A stretch of DNA of 64,000 bases from the human T2T-CHM13v2.0 reference genome, Homo sapiens: assembly GCF_009914755.1 (NCBI RefSeq), contig NC_060940.1; one strand, given 5' to 3'. Below are positions 58,030 to 64,000 of this stretch, one piece after another; position 1 is the first letter of the stretch, and each line of letters opens with the position of its first letter. A program made the position numbers and the translations under genes. The notes under the pieces are model-generated. The model was given only the letters and a program-made list of their open reading frames with translations. It was not told the origin of the DNA and searched no databases.

Positions 58030-58129
58030 CTGCGGGACAGAGGCCAGTGGGGAGGTCTGGTAAGGGAAGAGTGGGCACAATCAGCCCAGGTGTTCCCCAC
58101 CCCGCGTCTGCCTCCCAAGCCGGTCCTAC

Positions 58130-58307
58130 CATTGCTGCAGGGCCCCAGCGGGGCATCCGGTGTCCTATCCAGGGCCTGCGGGGCCTGGGAGCCTTGACTG
58201 CCCTTCCCAGCCAGCAGATCCATGAGGGCTTTCACCTGCTCGGCTGGGGAGCCCGTACCGTGGCCCTGGCCGGCCTCCCTGCCCGTCCGCACCTCTTGCT
58301 TCCTCAT
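58130..58307 (-). CDS. NLRC3: NLRC3 first coding exon MRKQEVRTGREAGQGHGTGSPAEQVKALMDLLAGKGSQGSQAPQALDRTPDAPLGPCSN(D); exon extends to acceptor at 58331
   Basis: ATG at 58307, ATG|gtagga donor; all exons sum to 3198 nt = 1065 aa + stop. Confidence 0.92.
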
Positions 58308-58589
58308 GGAGTCGGGGATCACCTCCAGGAGCTGTGAAGAGAGGGCCTGAACCTGCTGCCTGCCGTGCCCCCCATCCAGCAGCCTGGGACAGGTGAGCAA
58401 GTCCCCAGGAACGGGGTCAGGGATCCCCTCTTCCTCTTTCCTCAGCCTTTGGGTGGCCCACTGGCCTGGCCTCTGAGAATGGACTGGAAGGGCCATTTGT
58501 TCCTGGGTGGTAGCAATGATCACACGAATGCAGGGGCCCAGTGGATGATAACTGGGGCCCTGAGCTTGTACCCCGGCCCTGCCACTTAC

Positions 58590-58651
58590 CAGATAGGTGA
58601 CTGAGGGCAGGCTGAGTCACCTCTCTGCGCCTTGGTGTCTTCATTTGTGAC
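58590..58651 (-). other. NLRC3: Probable NLRC3 5'-UTR exon (62 nt), MIR-derived
   Basis: catttccag acceptor, CTG|gtaagt donor; aligns by eye to MIR core. Confidence 0.7.
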
Positions 58652-58740
58652 CTGGAAATGATGATGAGGTTACAAGTAAGTTTGCTCAAAAGGAGGGAGG
58701 AATGAAAGAAGGTACTCTGTTGGAACATGTGGGAAAAAGC

Positions 58741-58771
<31 letters not shown>

Positions 58772-58789
58772 GCAGCAGCCACTCTGGGG

Positions 58790-60186
<1,397 letters not shown>

Positions 60187-60512
60187 TTATTAATTAAAAA
60201 AAGGAAATAAAAGATAGAAGAAGGAGGAGTCAAAAAGGAGAAAACGCTGGTTCTCAGAGCGGCTGTTTTTCTTACTATGTTCCTGGGGTCTCCTGGGAGT
60301 GCAGGAGCTCCTGGGCTCCCAGCAGTGCTGTTTGCCCTCTGCTCGTGGGGATTGTGATGCAGAGATGCTGAGAGGCAAAGCCAAGGCCCCCCACTCCCAT
60401 TTGCCTCCTTGTTGCCAAGGCTGGTTGTCCCCCCGCCCCCACAGCCCTCCCACACCCAAGCTGTACACTAAGGCCGGGAACTCGCCCCCACCCACCCTGC
60501 TCGCCTCCTCAC

Positions 60513-60594
60513 CGTGCACCCTGGCCACAGCAGCCCCTCCAGTGGGGCCCCAGGAACTCAATGGATGGGGCTCAGCCTTCCGTTGTCCACAGTT
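60513..60594 (-). other. NLRC3: Probable NLRC3 5'-UTR exon (82 nt)
   Basis: ttttttctcctag acceptor, ACG|gtgagg donor followed by G-runs; unique sequence between Alus. Confidence 0.65.
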
Positions 60595-60761
60595 CTAGGA
60601 GAAAAAACACAATGTGGCCAGCAGAGGTGATGGCTCACTGCTGCTGATGGCAGCCCTGCATTCAAAAATAACACCAGGTGTTGTCACTGCATAGAGAAGC
60701 AGGTTGGACCCCACCTGTCCACAGGGCATTTCCCTGGTTCTCAATGTTTAGCTTGCTGTTA

Positions 60762-62965
<2,204 letters not shown>

Positions 62966-63269
62966 AAAAACTATAACTCTTATTTTGAACAATTTTACCA
63001 CATTGGCCAGGCCTACCCCTTCCTTGGAGCAATAAGGTTGTTGCAGGCCTTCTTGTTTTACTCTAGACTAGACCAGGAGTGGTTCTTGCCCAAACTGTTA
63101 GGTGTGATGTTTGTGACAGATTTCTAGTTTTCTTCTCCGATAGAGAAAGATTTATTTTGTTCTATTACCATTCAAATACTATTATGTAATATTTACTGAA
63201 GGCATACTGTGTTCTGCATATTCTGTTAAGCACTGTATTTCCATAATTTATTTCTCATAACTCTCAATA

Positions 63270-63400
63270 CCATTATTTCTCCCATTTTACAGATGAAGAC
63301 ACTGAGGCTCAGAGAGGTTAAGTGACTTGTCCAAGGATACACAGCTGGGAAGTGGGAGTTGGGATAGAAATCAATTCCTCACTGACACCAGTGCGTGTGC
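63270..63400 (+). mobile_element. MIR
   Basis: cccattttacagatgaagacactgaggctcagagaggttaagtgacttgtccaagg core. Confidence 0.85.
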
Positions 63401-64000
63401 TGTATAATCTACTGCCTCTTAAGGTAGTTTACACTTTTTTTTTTTGAGACAGAGTCTCAACTCCTGACCTCAAGTGATCCACCCACCTCAGCCTCCCAAA
63501 GTGCTGAGATTACAGGTGTGAGCTGCCGTGCCTGGGCAAAATTTTTTAAGATAAGGAATATCTGTTAAATTAGCAAATTACTTTTTAGCATATATTGATA
63601 TAAACATATGATTTATTTCTCTTCATTTATTCAACCAGCAAATATTTATGGAGAGCCTGTTGTATGTTCTAGGCCCTGGGGATGTGAAGGTGACCAAGTT
63701 AGATCAAGTCCTTGACCTGCGGTTTGACGGGTAAGGGATAATGGCAATGGAAAGGAAAACAAGTCAATAAGCAAGGCAGTTTCTGCTGGTGGTTAGTGCT
63801 GTGAGTGGAATAAACTGTGAGTGACAAAGAAGCCTGGAATTCTAGGGGGAGGAGGAGCAGAGGTGGTAATTGGCGGCTGGGGAAGGCTGCTGTGAGAGGC
63901 CTCTGAGAAAAAGCTACCTAGGAGTAGAGAGGGTGAGAAAGAGTCATGCAGAGAGCTAGGGGAGGGACATTTCAGGCCAAGGAAACAGCAAGTGCTTAGA

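Larger units (their letters stand above)
56280..58330. promoter_or_regulatory. Intragenic GC/CpG-rich region over NLRC3 NACHT and first coding exons
   Basis: Visibly higher CpG and GC content than flanks (not computed). Confidence 0.5.

Noticed and set aside
57204-58337. 377-aa and 254-aa + strand ORFs opposite the NACHT exon
   Set aside because: Antisense shadow ORFs expected from GC3-rich codons; no recognisable domain

Overview
Human (primate) genomic DNA, recognisable as the CLUAP1/NLRC3 locus (16p13.3, from recall). The + strand carries the last nine coding exons of CLUAP1 (IFT38, an IFT-B subunit; 1547-29530) and its 3' UTR. The - strand carries the complete NLRC3 coding sequence: ATG at 58307, a 1750-nt NACHT exon, one 87-nt and thirteen 84-nt LRR exons, and a stop at 35084. 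By hand the CDS sums to 3198 nt = 1065 aa. Two probable 5'-UTR exons lie upstream. The genes converge tail-to-tail, with poly(A) signals for both strands clustered at about 32.0-32.3 kb. The introns are very Alu-dense and also hold a full-length LTR13-type solo LTR, MaLR LTRs, DNA-transposon fossils, L1/L2/MIR fragments, a ~600-bp TA-rich tract and a ~1.2-kb (CATC)n tract. Almost all short ORFs in the supplied track are Alu or low-complexity artefacts. I found no evidence of a wholly new gene or system. The best leads are post-transcriptional: a MIR-derived NLRC3 5'-UTR exon that creates a uORF overlapping the start codon, a 100-nt intron whose retention would swap which ATG encodes NACHT, a possible LRR-less NLRC3 isoform, interlocked 3' ends, a re-spliceable CLUAP1 exon junction and a 57-nt cassette exon. 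Exon numbers are conventional or inferred; repeat boundaries and subfamilies are by-eye estimates.
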